Shown here piece after piece: positions 1 through 12,157 of a DNA stretch of 64,000 nucleotides. Position 1 is the first letter of the stretch; each line of letters opens with the position of its first letter. Source of the stretch: Hyphomicrobiales bacterium (GTDB lineage: Bacteria; Pseudomonadota; Alphaproteobacteria; JAPOUT01); assembly GCA_026708545.1 (NCBI GenBank), contig JAPOUT010000001.1:3410-67409 (forward strand), read 5' to 3'. A program made the position numbers and the translations under genes. The notes below the pieces were generated by a model that searched no databases, was not told the origin of the DNA, and worked only from the letters and a program-made list of their open reading frames with translations.

Positions 1-656
1 TTCGCGACTTTGCGCGCGCATGCATGAACCTCGCACTCGATAGAAAATGGCCTTTATATCTTTCGACCAAAAACACGATACTAAAGGCTTATGACGGACG
101 TTTTAAGGACATCTTCCAGGAAGTTTACGACACCGAATTTCGTGAACGCTTCGAAGCCAATAACACCATATACGAACATAGACTCATTGATGACATGGTT
201 GCCGCGGCATTGAAGTGGAACGGCGCATATGTCTGGGCGTGCAAGAACTATGACGGGGACGTTCAGTCGGATTCTTTGGCACAGGGATTTGGATCGCTGG
301 GCCTGATGACGAGTTTCCTGCTTACCCCGGACGGAAAAGTGATGGAAGCAGAAGCCGCACACGGAACGGTCACGCGGCACTTCCGAGCGCACCAGCGCGG
401 AGAGGAGACCTCGACCAACTCGATTGCCTCCATCTTCGCCTGGACGAAAGCGCTGGCATATCGCGGAAAACTCGACAGTAACGGAGAACTGGTGGAATTC
501 GCACGGACGCTCGAAAAGACCTGTATCCACACGGTCGAGAGCGGATTTATGACGAAAGATTTGGCGCTACTCGTCGGAGCAGAGCAAGGATGGCTCTCAA
601 CGGAAGGGTTTCTCAATAAGGTGGCGGAAGGACTGGATAAGGAGAGGAGCAAATAA
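1..656 (+). CDS. icd: NADP-dependent isocitrate dehydrogenase, C-terminal portion; the 5' end lies outside the window
   Basis: Translation has IDH hallmark segments ([31 protein letters not shown]). Reading frame is open to window position 1; stop at 656. Confidence 0.8.
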   Translation, partial: RDFARACMNLALDRKWPLYLSTKNTILKAYDGRFKDIFQEVYDTEFRERFEANNTIYEHRLIDDMVAAALKWNGAYVWACKNYDGDVQSDSLAQGFGSLGLMTSFLLTPDGKVMEAEAAHGTVTRHFRAHQRGEETSTNSIASIFAWTKALAYRGKLDSNGELVEFARTLEKTCIHTVESGFMTKDLALLVGAEQGWLSTEGFLNKVAEGLDKERSK

Positions 657-1008
657 GGGAATTACGTCCAAAGGCTTGCTTTCCCCCAAATTCTCCGAAA
701 AACCCCCCAAATTCCGCCAAAATGCCTGGATTCTCCCCGGCAAATAGTTGGAGATTCGCCCGGAGAATCGCCGGGAATCGGCGTTTCGACCGGTTTCCCC
801 TACAATGCCCCCGCTACGGATGCAGGGACGAGAACCCTCGCCTATGGTTCGGAGGTGAAATCTTCGAATTTGCTTGCTTGTTTTGTTTTTCCTCAAAGGA
901 TTCGCAGGGGAGGGACAAATTGGAACGAAGCAAATCCGTAAAAACGCACGAACGAAAAGACAAAGAGACAAACTCGAACGCCCCAATACGTTGCCTGCTC
1001 CATCCTGT

Positions 1009-1037
1009 TTGGAAAATTGAGAGTGCAGGGCTATACT
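1009..1037 (+). promoter_or_regulatory. putative sigma70-type promoter of the nuo operon (TTGGAA-17-TATACT)
   Basis: Hexamers read directly with a 17-nt spacer, about 28 nt upstream of the nuoA ATG at 1065. Confidence 0.3.
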
Positions 1038-1064
1038 CCCCATAGATTCAACATAAAAAATCCC

Positions 1065-1430
1065 ATGACCGACTTTCTTCTCTCCTATCTGCCCATACTC
1101 ATCTTCGCAGGCATCGCGGCCGTTATCGGAATTGCGCTGATGGCGTCCGCTTTTGTGCTTGCACCCAACAACCCCGACACGGAAAAGACCTCCATATACG
1201 AGTGCGGGTTTCCGGCCTTCGATGATTCGCGGATGAAATTTGACGTCAAATTCTATCGCGTGGCGATTTTGTTTATCATTTTTGATCTCGAGGTTGCGTT
1301 CCTGTTCCCCTGGGCTGTCGCATTCAACGATATCGGCATGTTCGGGTTCATATCGATGATGATATTCCTCGCGGTCCTCACCATCGGATTCATATACGAG
1401 TGGAAAAAAGGTGCTCTCGAATGGGATTAG
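1065..1430 (+). CDS. nuoA: NADH-quinone oxidoreductase subunit A
   Basis: Conserved N-terminus [14 protein letters not shown] and motif ECGF..FD; start is the internal ATG of ORF 1017..1430. Confidence 0.9.
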   Translation: MTDFLLSYLPILIFAGIAAVIGIALMASAFVLAPNNPDTEKTSIYECGFPAFDDSRMKFDVKFYRVAILFIIFDLEVAFLFPWAVAFNDIGMFGFISMMIFLAVLTIGFIYEWKKGALEWD

Positions 1431-1963
1431 AAAACAACCCCGCAGTGCTCCCCGACTCTCCGCCTTCCGACCTGCGCGCCGCAGAGGAATGGGCGAGACA
1501 AGTCACCGGCAGGGGTGTCATGCTTGCCGCCGCGCAAGACCTCATCAACTGGGCGCGGACCGGTTCCCTGCATTGGATGACTTTCGGACTCGCTTGCTGT
1601 GCCGTCGAGATGATGCAAAGTTCCATGCCACGTTATGATCTCGAGCGCTTCGGCTTCGCGCCGCGGGCATCGCCGCGACAATCCGACGTCATGATCGTCG
1701 CAGGAACACTCACCAACAAAATGGCAGTTGCGTTGCGCAAGGTCTACGACCAGATGCCCGAGCCGCGCTATGTCATATCAATGGGATCATGTGCGAACGG
1801 CGGGGGATACTACCATTACTCCTACTCCGTCGTGCGCGGATGCGACCGTATCGTCCCCGTCGACATCTACATTCCCGGATGTCCGCCATCCGCCGAAGCG
1901 CTCGTTTACGGCGTGCTCCAATTGCAGAAAAAAATCCGAAGGACTGGAACGCTGGAACGATAA
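1421..1963 (+). CDS. nuoB: NADH-quinone oxidoreductase subunit B (start uncertain; alternative at 1400)
   Basis: Has CCAVEMM and the Fe-S Cys motifs ([15 protein letters not shown]). Overlaps the nuoA stop. Confidence 0.9.
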   Translation: MGLENNPAVLPDSPPSDLRAAEEWARQVTGRGVMLAAAQDLINWARTGSLHWMTFGLACCAVEMMQSSMPRYDLERFGFAPRASPRQSDVMIVAGTLTNKMAVALRKVYDQMPEPRYVISMGSCANGGGYYHYSYSVVRGCDRIVPVDIYIPGCPPSAEALVYGVLQLQKKIRRTGTLER

Positions 1964-1965
1964 AA

Positions 1966-2595
1966 ATGCCGATCCCGAGCGATGAAAACATGACGGAACT
2001 GTGCGAGCACATTGTCTCAAATCTCGGCGACAGATGCACCTTCGGCATTGCGCACGGAGAGGCAACGCTTTCATGCGATGTTGATAATATTGTGCGGGTG
2101 CTTTCCTTTCTGCGTGACGATGTCGGCTGCGAGTTCAAACTGCTCGTCGACATCTGCGGCGTTGATTTTCCCGAACGAAGCAAACGCTTCGAGCTTGTCT
2201 ATCACCTCCTATCCATGTCGCTCAACCAGCGCATTCGAGTCAAAACCGCGCTCGGCGAAGGTGAAGCCGCGCCAAGCGTGTGCAGCCTTTTTCCGGCGGC
2301 GGGATGGTTCGAGCGCGAAGCCTACGACCTCTACGGAATTCTCTTCTCCAACCATCCGGACCTGCGTCGTTTGCTTACCGATTACGGATTCGAAGGGCAT
2401 CCGCTTCGCAAAGACTTTCCGCTGACGGGATATGTCGAGGTGCGCTACGACGACAATGCCAAGCGGGTCGTCTACGAACCGGTCGCGTTACCGCAGGCCT
2501 TCAGGGAATTCGATTTTGTCTCGCCTTGGGAAGGAATGGATGCGCCCCTCCTGCCCGGCGACCTCCACGCTCAAAAACCGGAATCGGATTCATGA
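1966..2595 (+). CDS. nuoC: NADH-quinone oxidoreductase subunit C
   Basis: Internal ATG directly after the nuoB stop. NuoC-like sequence ([19 protein letters not shown]). Confidence 0.9.
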   Translation: MPIPSDENMTELCEHIVSNLGDRCTFGIAHGEATLSCDVDNIVRVLSFLRDDVGCEFKLLVDICGVDFPERSKRFELVYHLLSMSLNQRIRVKTALGEGEAAPSVCSLFPAAGWFEREAYDLYGILFSNHPDLRRLLTDYGFEGHPLRKDFPLTGYVEVRYDDNAKRVVYEPVALPQAFREFDFVSPWEGMDAPLLPGDLHAQKPESDS

Positions 2596-3785
2596 AGCAA
2601 GAAAATCCGGCAAACCCCGAGGAACGGAAATTCACCATCAATTTCGGTCCGCAGCATCCCGCCGCACACGGCGTGCTGCGGCTGGTTCTTGATCTTGACG
2701 GCGAAATCGTCGAGCGCATCGACCCCCACATCGGACTTCTCCATCGCGGAACCGAAAAGCTCATCGAGCACAAAACCTACCTCCAGGCCGTCCCCTACTT
2801 CGACCGGCTCGACTATGTCGCCCCCATGAACCAAGAGCACGCTTTCGCGCTTGCCGTCGAGGCGCTTCTCGACATTAAAATCCCGAAACGCGCGCAATAC
2901 ATCCGCATGCTTTATAGCGAAATCGGCCGGTTGCTCTCGCACATCCTCAACATCACAACGCAAGCTATGGACGTCGGAGCGCTTACTCCTCCGCTGTGGG
3001 GATTCGAAGAACGCGAAAAACTCATGGTCTTCTACGAGCGTGCATCCGGCTCGCGCATGCACGCCGCATATATCCGTCCCGGCGGCGTGCACCAGGACCT
3101 GCCTCCGCAGTTGCTCCAAGACATTCTTGATTTTTGCGCGCCCTGTGCCAAAACCCTCGACGACATCGAAGATCTGCTCACCGAAAACAGAATTTTCAAA
3201 CAGCGCAACGTCGGCATCGGAGTCTTCGATGCCGATGCCGTGCAAGCTTGGGGGTGTTCCGGCGTGATGGCCCGTGCCGCGGGACTCGAGTGGGATCTTC
3301 GACGCTCCCAGCCCTACGAAGCCTACGAGGAAATGCGCTTCGAAATTCCCATCGGTAAAAACGCCGACTGCTACGACCGCTACCTGCTGCGCATGGAAGA
3401 ATGCCGCCAATCCCTCGACATTATGAAACAGTGCATTGAGCGCATGCCCGATGGAGAAGTCAGCGGCGGCGAGGGCAAAATCGCTCCGCCCCCTCGAGCC
3501 GAAATGAAAAGTTCTATGGAAGCGCTCATCCACCACTTCAAACTCTATACCGAGGGCTACCACGTCCCCGCCGGCGAAGTTTACCGCGCTGTCGAGGCGC
3601 CCAAAGGCGAGTTCGGCGTATACCTTGTCTCCGACGGCTCCAACAAACCCTATCGCTGCAAAATCCGTGCGCCCGGTTTCGCGCATCTCCAAGCCATGGA
3701 TGAAATTTCCAAGGGCCACATGCTCGCCGACGTCTCTGCCATCCTTGGATCCATTGACATCGTCTTCGGGGAGGTCGACCGATGA
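2592..3785 (+). CDS. nuoD: NADH-quinone oxidoreductase subunit D
   Basis: Begins [24 protein letters not shown]; ATGA overlap with the nuoC stop. Confidence 0.9.
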   Translation: MKQENPANPEERKFTINFGPQHPAAHGVLRLVLDLDGEIVERIDPHIGLLHRGTEKLIEHKTYLQAVPYFDRLDYVAPMNQEHAFALAVEALLDIKIPKRAQYIRMLYSEIGRLLSHILNITTQAMDVGALTPPLWGFEEREKLMVFYERASGSRMHAAYIRPGGVHQDLPPQLLQDILDFCAPCAKTLDDIEDLLTENRIFKQRNVGIGVFDADAVQAWGCSGVMARAAGLEWDLRRSQPYEAYEEMRFEIPIGKNADCYDRYLLRMEECRQSLDIMKQCIERMPDGEVSGGEGKIAPPPRAEMKSSMEALIHHFKLYTEGYHVPAGEVYRAVEAPKGEFGVYLVSDGSNKPYRCKIRAPGFAHLQAMDEISKGHMLADVSAILGSIDIVFGEVDR

Positions 3786-4411
3786 GCGTGCGACGATTGG
3801 CAGTGGAACAACCCGACGGATTTGAATTCAGCCGCGAAAACCTCGAATGGGCGAACGCGCAACTGAAAAAGTACCCGGACGGACGCGGACAAAGCGCCGT
3901 TCTCCCGCTGCTCTGGCGGGCGCAGGAACAGTGCGGCGGATGGCTTCCCGAGCCCGCCATCCGTTACATCGCCGAACTCCTTAACATGCCCCATATCCGC
4001 GTTTATGAGATCGCAACCTTCTACACCATGTTCAATCTCGAGTCTGTGGGAAAACATCTCGTTCAAGTTTGTAAAACAACGCCATGCTGGTTGCGCGGAA
4101 GCGATGAACTCGAGCGTGTTTGTTTTGAGGAAATCGGCAAGCCCGAAAGTATCTCGCCCGACGGCAACTTCACATGGCGGCGCGTCGAATGTCTCGGCGC
4201 CTGTGTCAACGCTCCCGTCGTACAAATCAACGCGGACTTCCACGAAGACCTGAACGCCCAGTCCTTCCGCACATTGTTATCGCAACTGCGCGCCGGTGAA
4301 ACGGTCGCTGCGGGTTCGCACGCCGGCAGGCACGCATCCGAGCCCGGCAGCGGCGAAGACGGCAATGCCAATGACGAACAAGAGACTCTGCACTTCAACG
4401 GGTTCAAGTGA
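3782..4411 (+). CDS. nuoE: NADH-quinone oxidoreductase subunit E
   Basis: Thioredoxin-like 2Fe-2S subunit motifs ([20 protein letters not shown]). ATGA overlap with nuoD. Confidence 0.9.
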   Translation: MSVRRLAVEQPDGFEFSRENLEWANAQLKKYPDGRGQSAVLPLLWRAQEQCGGWLPEPAIRYIAELLNMPHIRVYEIATFYTMFNLESVGKHLVQVCKTTPCWLRGSDELERVCFEEIGKPESISPDGNFTWRRVECLGACVNAPVVQINADFHEDLNAQSFRTLLSQLRAGETVAAGSHAGRHASEPGSGEDGNANDEQETLHFNGFK

Positions 4412-5679
4412 TGTTGAGCGAAAAAGACCGCATCTTCACCAATCTTTACGGGTTTCAATCCGCAAGCCTTGAGGCCGCGCGCAAACGCGGAGATTGGCGG
4501 AATACCGGTGCGCTGCTTGCCAAGGGCAGGGACTGGCTTACCTCCGAAGTCAAGGAATCGGGTTTGCGCGGCCGTGGCGGGGCGGGCTTTCCCACAGGAC
4601 TGAAGTGGTCGTTCATGCCGCCCGATCCCGATGCATCCGCGCTGCCGAATTACCTCGTCATTAATGCGGATGAATCCGAACCCGGCACTTGTAAAGACCG
4701 CGACATCCTTCGGCACGAGCCCCACAAACTTATCGAGGGTGCGTTGCTCGCCGGACGCGCAATGGGCGCACACACCGGCTACATCTATGTGCGCGGCGAG
4801 TTCATCCACGAGCGTGAATGTCTTCAACGCGCCATCAACGAGGCTTACGCAGCACGTCTCCTCGGTCCCAACGCGGCCGGTTCCAACTGGCACTTCGATC
4901 TCTTCGTTCACCACGGTGCGGGCGCATACATCTGCGGCGAAGAAACCGCCCTGCTCGAAAGCCTAGAAGGAAAGAAAGGCCAGCCGCGCCTCAAGCCCCC
5001 TTTCCCTGCAAATGTCGGACTTTTCGGCGCGCCAACGACCGTCAACAACGTCGAAACCATCGCCGTCGTGCCCGAGATATTGCGGCGCGGCGCATCATGG
5101 TTCGCAAATCTCGGACGTCCCGGCAACACGGGAACCAAAGTCTTTTGCATCTCCGGACATGTCGAGCGCCCCTGCAACGTCGAAGAAGAAATGGGCGTCC
5201 CCTTGCGCGAACTTATCGAGACGCACGCAGGCGGAATCCGCGGCGGCTGGGACAATCTCCTTGCCGTCATCCCCGGCGGGTCCTCCGTGCCGTTGCTGCC
5301 TGCCGATATCTGCGGCAAAATCCGCATGGATTTCGATTCTCTCAAAGAAGCAAAGAGCGGCCTCGGCACCGCGGCCGTCATCGTCATGGATAAATCTACC
5401 GACATCATACGCGCTATCGCGCGGCTCTCGGCCTTCTACAAACACGAAAGTTGCGGCCAATGCACCCCGTGCCGCGAAGGCACGGGGTGGATGTGGCGCG
5501 TCATGGAAAAAATCGCGGACGGCAAAAGTTCGCCCGACGAAATCGACACGCTCCTCGACGTCACCAAACAAGTCGAAGGCCATACCATCTGCGCCCTGGG
5601 AGACGCGGCGGCATGGCCCGTGCAGGGACTCATCCGACACTTCCGTCCGCTGATGGAGGGGCGCCAGCGAAGAAGATGA
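4408..5679 (+). CDS. nuoF: NADH-quinone oxidoreductase subunit F
   Basis: FMN/NADH-binding motifs ([25 protein letters not shown]). Confidence 0.95.
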   Translation: MMLSEKDRIFTNLYGFQSASLEAARKRGDWRNTGALLAKGRDWLTSEVKESGLRGRGGAGFPTGLKWSFMPPDPDASALPNYLVINADESEPGTCKDRDILRHEPHKLIEGALLAGRAMGAHTGYIYVRGEFIHERECLQRAINEAYAARLLGPNAAGSNWHFDLFVHHGAGAYICGEETALLESLEGKKGQPRLKPPFPANVGLFGAPTTVNNVETIAVVPEILRRGASWFANLGRPGNTGTKVFCISGHVERPCNVEEEMGVPLRELIETHAGGIRGGWDNLLAVIPGGSSVPLLPADICGKIRMDFDSLKEAKSGLGTAAVIVMDKSTDIIRAIARLSAFYKHESCGQCTPCREGTGWMWRVMEKIADGKSSPDEIDTLLDVTKQVEGHTICALGDAAAWPVQGLIRHFRPLMEGRQRRR

Positions 5680-7781
5680 GCGACGCCAAACAAATCAATC
5701 TCACCGTTGACGGCACCAAGGTCAGTGTTGACCCCGGCACGACCGTCTTGCAGGCCTGCGAGGTCGCCGGCAGGGAAATCCCGCGTTTCTGTTATCACGA
5801 CAGATTGTCGATTGCCGGAAACTGCAGAATGTGCCTCGTCGAAATCGAGAAAGCGCCCAAGCCCGTCGCGAGCTGCGCAATGCCCGCCGCCGACGGCATG
5901 ATCGTCCACACCAAAACTCCGGGCGTCCACAAGGCTCGAAAGGGCGTTATGGAATTCTTGCTCATCAACCACCCCCTCGATTGTCCCATCTGCGACCAGG
6001 GCGGCGAATGCGACCTCCAGGACCAAGCCGTTGCCTACGGCACGGACGGATCACGCTTTGCCGAAAACAAGCGGGCCGTCGAAGACAAATACATCGGACC
6101 CCTGATTAAGACCGTTATGACGCGGTGCATTCACTGCACTCGCTGCGTTCGCTTCGCCTGTGAAGTCGCGGGCACTCCGGAACTCGGAGCAGCCGGCAGG
6201 GGTGAAGACATGGAAATCACAACATATCTTGAACACGCAATGACGTCGGAACTCTCCGGCAACGTCATCGACCTGTGTCCCGTGGGTGCGTTAACATCCA
6301 AACCTTACGCGTTCACCGCGCGCTCGTGGGAATTGGAGCACACGCAAAGTGTTGACGTCATGGACGCGCTCGGTTCCGCCATCCGCATCGACACGCGCGG
6401 ACAAGAAGTCATGCGGATACTCCCCCGCACATTTGACGCCATCAACGAAGAATGGCTCTCGGATAAAAGCAGATTCATCTGGGACGGCCTTAAAAATCAA
6501 CGACTTGATAAATGTTACCTGCGCGGCGAAGACAACCGTCTCCGTCCATGCAGGTGGGAACAAGCCTTCGAATACATCGAAGCCAACACGCGCGACGTTC
6601 CTCCCGAAAAACGCGCGGCCCTCGTCGGCGACCTTGCGTGCGCGGAATCCATAGCCGCACTGGGCGACCTGATGCGTTCGATGGGAGCACCCCACCTTGA
6701 TTGCCGGGAGCCTCTCTCGCCGCTCGGGCGCAATGCCGAAGGCGGAAGAGTCAGACGGGGAAGCTACCTCTTTAACAGTTCCATCGCGGGCATAGACGAT
6801 GCCGATGCCATACTCCTCGTCGGCGCGGATGTAAGGCGTGAAGCCGCGTTACTTGATGCACGGTTGCGAAAAAACTGGCGGCGAAGCGGTACAACCATTG
6901 GAGTCATCGCTTCGACAACTTCCGTCCCGCCGCGCGATTACGAAAGCGTTCGACTCGGCGAGGGTGCAAGCGCGCTGCAGCAACTCATTGAGCCGACATC
7001 TGAAGATGCACGGCGGTTTCGCAACCTTCTCGATGTCGCGCAACGCCCGATGCTCATACTCGGACAAGGCGCTCTCAACCGCATTGACGGCGCAAAAATC
7101 TACGACATGGCACTCGCGCTCGCACAACAAACCGGCATGCTCGGCCCCGAGTGGAATGGATTCAACATCCTCCACACCAACGCCGCGCAGGTCGCCGGAC
7201 TCGATCTCGACTTTCTGCCCCGACAAGGCGGACTCGACAGTGCGGGTATCCGCAAAGGTGTAACCGACGGCGGCATCGAATGGCTTTACCTCCTCGGCGT
7301 TGACACACACCTGCCGCAACAAAACAAAAACGCCTTCATCATTTACCAAGGCTCGCACGGCGATGCGGGAGCCGCCTTCGCCGATGTCGTTCTGCCCGCT
7401 GCGGCATATACGGAAAAATCCGCCACCTTCGTCAACACCGAAGGGCGTGTGCAATCCGCAAAACGCGCGCTCTTTCCCCCCGGTGACGCGCGGGAGGATT
7501 GGACGATTCTGCGGAGGCTATCCGACGTTCTCGGGTGCCGGCTTCCTTATGACGACGCTTTCGCACTGCAACAGTCCATGATCTCGCAAGCGCCGCATTT
7601 CGCCGAACGCGATCAGTTGGTGCCGCTATCCAATGCCGAAAAGCCGGAACCCGTTCGTGCAAGTATGCCTCTACGCGACGATCCTTTCGTTTCGACCGTC
7701 GACGATTTTCATCTTTCCAACGTCGTCGCGCGCGCGTCCGCCGTGATGGCGCAATGTTCCCGACTGGCAAATAAAAAATGA
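5676..7781 (+). CDS. nuoG: NADH-quinone oxidoreductase subunit G
   Basis: Internal start [14 protein letters not shown]-terminal 2Fe-2S/4Fe-4S Cys clusters ([25 protein letters not shown]). Overlaps the nuoF stop. Confidence 0.9.
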   Translation: MSDAKQINLTVDGTKVSVDPGTTVLQACEVAGREIPRFCYHDRLSIAGNCRMCLVEIEKAPKPVASCAMPAADGMIVHTKTPGVHKARKGVMEFLLINHPLDCPICDQGGECDLQDQAVAYGTDGSRFAENKRAVEDKYIGPLIKTVMTRCIHCTRCVRFACEVAGTPELGAAGRGEDMEITTYLEHAMTSELSGNVIDLCPVGALTSKPYAFTARSWELEHTQSVDVMDALGSAIRIDTRGQEVMRILPRTFDAINEEWLSDKSRFIWDGLKNQRLDKCYLRGEDNRLRPCRWEQAFEYIEANTRDVPPEKRAALVGDLACAESIAALGDLMRSMGAPHLDCREPLSPLGRNAEGGRVRRGSYLFNSSIAGIDDADAILLVGADVRREAALLDARLRKNWRRSGTTIGVIASTTSVPPRDYESVRLGEGASALQQLIEPTSEDARRFRNLLDVAQRPMLILGQGALNRIDGAKIYDMALALAQQTGMLGPEWNGFNILHTNAAQVAGLDLDFLPRQGGLDSAGIRKGVTDGGIEWLYLLGVDTHLPQQNKNAFIIYQGSHGDAGAAFADVVLPAAAYTEKSATFVNTEGRVQSAKRALFPPGDAREDWTILRRLSDVLGCRLPYDDAFALQQSMISQAPHFAERDQLVPLSNAEKPEPVRASMPLRDDPFVSTVDDFHLSNVVARASAVMAQCSRLANKK

Positions 7782-8773
7782 TGGAATTCATTACCGACAT
7801 ACTCATTCCACTGGCGTGGATTATAGCGCACTGCCTTGCCATCATCACCGCATTGCTTCTCACTCTCGCCTTCGCAATGTATATGGACAGGAAAATTTGG
7901 GCGGCGGTGCAGCTACGTCGCGGTCCCAACGTTGTGGGACCCTGGGGACTGCTCCAATCCTTTGCCGACTTGCTTAAATACGTCTTCAAAGAACCCATAC
8001 TGCCGGCAGGCGCGAGCATCGGCATCTACTTCCTTGCACCCTTCATCACCTTCCTGCTCGCCATCGCCGCCTGGGCGGTGGTGCCGGTAAACCTGGGTTG
8101 GGCGGTCGCCGACATCAACGCCGGTGTGCTGTATCTGTTTGCCGTCTCGTCGCTCATGGTCTACGGAGTCCTCATGGGCGGGTGGGCGTCCAATTCCAAA
8201 TACGCATTCCTCGGCGCGCTGCGCTCCGCGGCACAAATGGTCTCCTACGAAGTGTCGCTCGGATTCGTAATCATCACCGTGCTTTTGCTTGCCGGATCCC
8301 TCAACCTCACCGATATCGTGCTCGCGCAACAAGGCATGTGGTTCTGCATCCCGCTGCTGCCGATGTTCGTCGTCTTCTTCATCTCCGCACTCGCCGAAAC
8401 CAACAGGCCGCCTTTCGATCTTCCCGAGGCCGAGTCCGAACTCGTTGCGGGCTTCATGGTCGAATACTCCTCAACGCCGTTTCTGTTGTTTATGATCGGC
8501 GAACTCGCCGCTGTCATATTGATGTGCGCATTAATGACCATATTGTTTTTGGGAGGATGGCTTCCGCCCGTCGACATCCACCCGCTTAATGCCGTTCCCG
8601 GGTGGCTCTGGTTCTTCGCCAAGGTCTTCGTGCTATTCTTCTTCTTTGCTATGGTCAAAGCAATGGTGCCACGATATAGATACGACCAGCTTATGCGGCT
8701 CGGCTGGAAGGTGTTTTTACCTTTATCGTTATTCTATGTCGTTGCGACCGCAACCGTCCTTACCTTCATCTAA
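7778..8773 (+). CDS. nuoH: NADH-quinone oxidoreductase subunit H
   Basis: Polytopic membrane protein with NuoH motifs ([33 protein letters not shown]). Confidence 0.95.
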   Translation: MMEFITDILIPLAWIIAHCLAIITALLLTLAFAMYMDRKIWAAVQLRRGPNVVGPWGLLQSFADLLKYVFKEPILPAGASIGIYFLAPFITFLLAIAAWAVVPVNLGWAVADINAGVLYLFAVSSLMVYGVLMGGWASNSKYAFLGALRSAAQMVSYEVSLGFVIITVLLLAGSLNLTDIVLAQQGMWFCIPLLPMFVVFFISALAETNRPPFDLPEAESELVAGFMVEYSSTPFLLFMIGELAAVILMCALMTILFLGGWLPPVDIHPLNAVPGWLWFFAKVFVLFFFFAMVKAMVPRYRYDQLMRLGWKVFLPLSLFYVVATATVLTFI

Positions 8774-8786
8774 CTGGGGAACAAAC

Positions 8787-9278
8787 ATGCAAAAGTGGAA
8801 ATATTGGTTGAGAGGATTCTTCCTAATCGAGTTTATCGCGGCGTTTTTGCTGGCCATGCGCCAATTCTTCGCGCCGAAAGCAACCGTTAACTATCCTTTC
8901 GAGAAAGGCCCGCTGTCCCCCCGCTTCCGGGGCGAACACGCCCTGCGCCGCTATCCCAACGGGCAGGAAAGATGCATTGCATGCAAACTCTGCGAAGCCG
9001 TATGCCCCGCCCAAGCCATCACCATTGAAGCGTCCCCGCGCCAAGCCGACGGAACCCGTCGCGCCTTGCGCTACGACATCGATATGGTCAAGTGCATCTA
9101 TTGCGGACTGTGCCAGGAGGCTTGTCCGGTTGATGCGATCGTTGAAGGTCCCAACTTCGAGTTCGCAACCGAAACGCGCGAGGAACTTCTTTACGACAAG
9201 GAGCGTTTGCTGGCAAACGGCGACAGATGGGAGCGCGAGATAGCGCAAAACATCAAACTCGATGCACCATACCGGTAA
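8787..9278 (+). CDS. nuoI: NADH-quinone oxidoreductase subunit I
   Basis: Two 4Fe-4S ferredoxin motifs ([24 protein letters not shown]). Internal ATG after the nuoH stop. Confidence 0.9.
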   Translation: MQKWKYWLRGFFLIEFIAAFLLAMRQFFAPKATVNYPFEKGPLSPRFRGEHALRRYPNGQERCIACKLCEAVCPAQAITIEASPRQADGTRRALRYDIDMVKCIYCGLCQEACPVDAIVEGPNFEFATETREELLYDKERLLANGDRWEREIAQNIKLDAPYR

Positions 9279-9292
9279 GGTAAAATATCAGC

Positions 9293-9901
9293 ATGATACT
9301 CGAAGCCGCCGCATTTTATTTTTTCGCAAGCGTATGCATCACATCAGCGCTTGCCGTCATCATCGCAAGGAACCCGGTGCGCTCGGTGCTGTTTCTCATC
9401 CTTTCCTTTTGCTCCGCGGCCGCGCTGTTCATCCTGCTTGGCGCTGAATTCCTCGGGCTCATCCTTATCGTCGTTTATGTCGGAGCCGTCGCCGTGCTCT
9501 TTCTTTTCGTTGTCATGATGCTCGATATCGACTTCGCGGAACTACGATTGGGACTCCTCAAACATCTGCCCGTCGGCGGACTCGTCGGACTCGTTCTGCT
9601 CACCGAACTCGTCCTCGTTCTCCTCATCACGCTTGCACCCAGCGCGACAAAACCGGCAGCGCCCGCCCCGCCCCTTGACGTCACTCCCAACACGAACGCC
9701 ATCGGCGAAATCCTCTACACCGACTATTTCTTCTTCTTCCAGGTTGCCGGAATCATTCTACTCGTTGCAATGATTGGCGCCATCGTGCTGACACTGCGCC
9801 CGCCAGCGCAACGCAAAGGCCTGCCGCCCGCCGAACAAATTGCACGTTCGCCCTCCGAGAGCGTCAAAAAGCGCAACCTCATATCCCGAAGAGGCATATG
9901 A
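9293..9901 (+). CDS. nuoJ: NADH-quinone oxidoreductase subunit J
   Basis: Hydrophobic protein of NuoJ length and position, between nuoI and nuoK. Confidence 0.85.
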   Translation: MILEAAAFYFFASVCITSALAVIIARNPVRSVLFLILSFCSAAALFILLGAEFLGLILIVVYVGAVAVLFLFVVMMLDIDFAELRLGLLKHLPVGGLVGLVLLTELVLVLLITLAPSATKPAAPAPPLDVTPNTNAIGEILYTDYFFFFQVAGIILLVAMIGAIVLTLRPPAQRKGLPPAEQIARSPSESVKKRNLISRRGI

Positions 9902-9902
9902 C

Positions 9903-10220
9903 ATGAGCCTCGCAACCATCTCCCTCGAACACTATCTTGCCGTCTCCGCGATGCTCTTTACCATCGGTGTGTTCGGCGTGTTCATACATCGGAAAAACCT
10001 CATCATCATTCTCATGGCCATCGAGCTCATATTGCTGGCCGCAAACCTCAATCTCATTGCCTTCGCAACGCACAACGGCGATCTCGTCGGTCAAATCTTC
10101 GCGCTGTTCGTCCTTACCGTAGCGGCGGCGGAAGCCGCCGTCGGGCTGGCCATCCTCACCGTCTTCTTCCGCAACCGCGGAAACATAGATGTCGAACGCG
10201 TCAATATCATGAAAGGCTGA
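9903..10220 (+). CDS. nuoK: NADH-quinone oxidoreductase subunit K
   Basis: 105-aa, three-helix membrane protein starting [12 protein letters not shown], immediately after the nuoJ stop. Confidence 0.9.
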   Translation: MSLATISLEHYLAVSAMLFTIGVFGVFIHRKNLIIILMAIELILLAANLNLIAFATHNGDLVGQIFALFVLTVAAAEAAVGLAILTVFFRNRGNIDVERVNIMKG

Positions 10221-10227
10221 CGTTTCG

Positions 10228-12153
10228 ATGCTTCAACTCGTTCTCGCCCTGCCGCTCGCCGCCTGCATCATCGCTGGATTGTTCGGAAGATACATCGGCC
10301 ATCGAGGCGCAATGGCCGTCACCTGCACATGCGTGAGCATCGCAGCGATACTGTCGGCAGTCCTCTTCTACCAGGCGGGCTTCCAAGGCAAAACCATGCA
10401 AGTCGGCGTGCTCGATTGGCTCGGAGTGGCGGGGTTCGCTTCGGGGTGGTCGTTACGGCTCGACAGCCTCACCAGCGTCATGCTTGTTGTCGTCACATGG
10501 GTCTCCGCGATCGTTCACATCTACTCGATCGGATACATGAGCCACGACCCGCATCGCACGCGCTTCTTCACCTACCTCTCACTGTTTACATTTATGATGC
10601 TGGCATTGGTGACCGCCAACGATTTTTTGCAACTTTTCTTCGGCTGGGAAGGCGTTGGACTCGCGTCTTACCTCCTCATCGGGTTCTGGTTCAAAAAGCC
10701 CGCCGCAAACAGCGCGGCCATCAAGGCTTTCGTCGTCAACAGAGTCGGCGATCTCGGACTCGTTCTTGCCATCGCCGCCATCTTCGCAACCTTCGGCTCC
10801 ATTCAATATGATGCCGTGTTCTCCCTTGCACCTACCGTGACGGAACAGTCCTTCAGTTTCTTCGGCGCGAACGTCCGCACACTCGATGCCATCTGCCTGT
10901 TGCTGTTCCTCGGCGCGATGGGAAAATCCGCGCAGTTCTTCCTTCACACCTGGCTTCCCGACGCCATGGAAGGCCCGACTCCCGTCTCCGCCCTCATCCA
11001 CGCGGCTACGATGGTCACCGCGGGCGTGTTCCTCGTCGCCCGGGCTGCACCGCTGTTTGAATTCTCCCCCCTCTCCTCGCAGGTCATCGTCCTCATCGGC
11101 GCCGTCACCGCCTTTTTCGCCGCAAGCGTTGCGCTCGTACAGAACGACATCAAACGAGTCGTCGCATATTCCACCTGCTCGCAACTCGGATACATGTTCG
11201 TTGCAATGGGCGCGGGAGCATACGAAGCGGGCATGTTCCACCTTTTCACACACGCATTCTTCAAGGCGTTGCTTTTCCTCGGTGCGGGCTCCGTCATCCA
11301 CGCGCTGTCCGACGAGCAGGACCTGCGCAAAATGGGCGGACTCGTCAAACATCTCCCGTATACATATCTTGCAATGCTCGCCGGCACCCTCTCGTTGACC
11401 GGCGCACCGTTCACCGCCGGATACTACTCTAAAGACGCCATCATTGAAGCAACCTACGTCGCCGGGGGGTTGTTCAATGGAAGCGTAACTCTCGTCCTCA
11501 TACTTGCGGCGGCGTTCACCTCGTTTTATTCGTGGCGGCTCTTCTTCCTCGCCTTCCACGGAAAAGCAAGGACCGCCCCCGCCGTCATCGAAAAAATACA
11601 CGAAAGTCCAAACGTAATGCTCCTGCCGCTGGCCATCCTGGTAATCGGCGCGCTTGCCGCGGGCGGACTCTTTTACGACGAATTTATCAGCAAGGCGCGC
11701 ACGGATTTCTGGGGAATAACGCTGTTTAACGCGGAAAGCCCGCTCAACGATATCCACCACGTCCCTTCCTGGGTCATCTACGCCCCCCTCGTGGCTCTTG
11801 CCGTCGGCCTCGTGGTCGCGGCGCTTTTCTATCTCTTCTGGCCGAAAATTCCCGCGCGAATCGCGCAAGCAAACACACGCCTCTACAATTTCCTTCTCAA
11901 CAAGTGGTACATTGACGAAATTTACGATGCCCTGTTCGTCAAACCTGCAATGCGCCTGGGCGCACTGTTTTGGAAACAAGGCGACGGTGCTGTCATTGAC
12001 GGCCTCGGCCCCGACGGCGTAAGCAAGCGGGTCCTTGACGTCACCCGCGCCGCCGTCCGCTTGCAGACCGGGCACTTCTACCACTACGCCTTCGCAATGC
12101 TTGTCGGCGTATGCATCTTTACAAGCTGGTTCCTGTTCACAAAAGGAAGTTAA
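10228..12153 (+). CDS. nuoL: NADH-quinone oxidoreductase subunit L
   Basis: 641-aa antiporter-like subunit ([26 protein letters not shown]). Confidence 0.95.
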   Translation: MLQLVLALPLAACIIAGLFGRYIGHRGAMAVTCTCVSIAAILSAVLFYQAGFQGKTMQVGVLDWLGVAGFASGWSLRLDSLTSVMLVVVTWVSAIVHIYSIGYMSHDPHRTRFFTYLSLFTFMMLALVTANDFLQLFFGWEGVGLASYLLIGFWFKKPAANSAAIKAFVVNRVGDLGLVLAIAAIFATFGSIQYDAVFSLAPTVTEQSFSFFGANVRTLDAICLLLFLGAMGKSAQFFLHTWLPDAMEGPTPVSALIHAATMVTAGVFLVARAAPLFEFSPLSSQVIVLIGAVTAFFAASVALVQNDIKRVVAYSTCSQLGYMFVAMGAGAYEAGMFHLFTHAFFKALLFLGAGSVIHALSDEQDLRKMGGLVKHLPYTYLAMLAGTLSLTGAPFTAGYYSKDAIIEATYVAGGLFNGSVTLVLILAAAFTSFYSWRLFFLAFHGKARTAPAVIEKIHESPNVMLLPLAILVIGALAAGGLFYDEFISKARTDFWGITLFNAESPLNDIHHVPSWVIYAPLVALAVGLVVAALFYLFWPKIPARIAQANTRLYNFLLNKWYIDEIYDALFVKPAMRLGALFWKQGDGAVIDGLGPDGVSKRVLDVTRAAVRLQTGHFYHYAFAMLVGVCIFTSWFLFTKGS

Positions 12154-12157
12154 AACC

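Noticed and set aside
728-783. CRISPR-like repeat array
   Set aside because: Only four imperfect units of about 12 bp with no spacers of CRISPR size. This is consistent with a regulatory repeat cluster, not CRISPR.
722-1045. 107-aa plus-strand ORF in the icd-nuoA intergenic region
   Set aside because: No Shine-Dalgarno, and it is built from the repeat-rich leader sequence. The region is better explained as the nuo promoter and regulatory leader.
1789-2595. ORF-track N-terminal extensions that overlap upstream genes: nuoC from 1789, nuoD from 2280, nuoG from 5451, nuoI from 8589, nuoM from 12035, birA from 15028, lolE from 17833, lolD from 19172, rpsB from 23815, pyrH from 25435, fabZ from 34994
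   Set aside because: The conserved protein N-termini begin at internal ATGs located right at or after the stop of the upstream gene. The extensions are Arg/Pro-rich out-of-context sequence.
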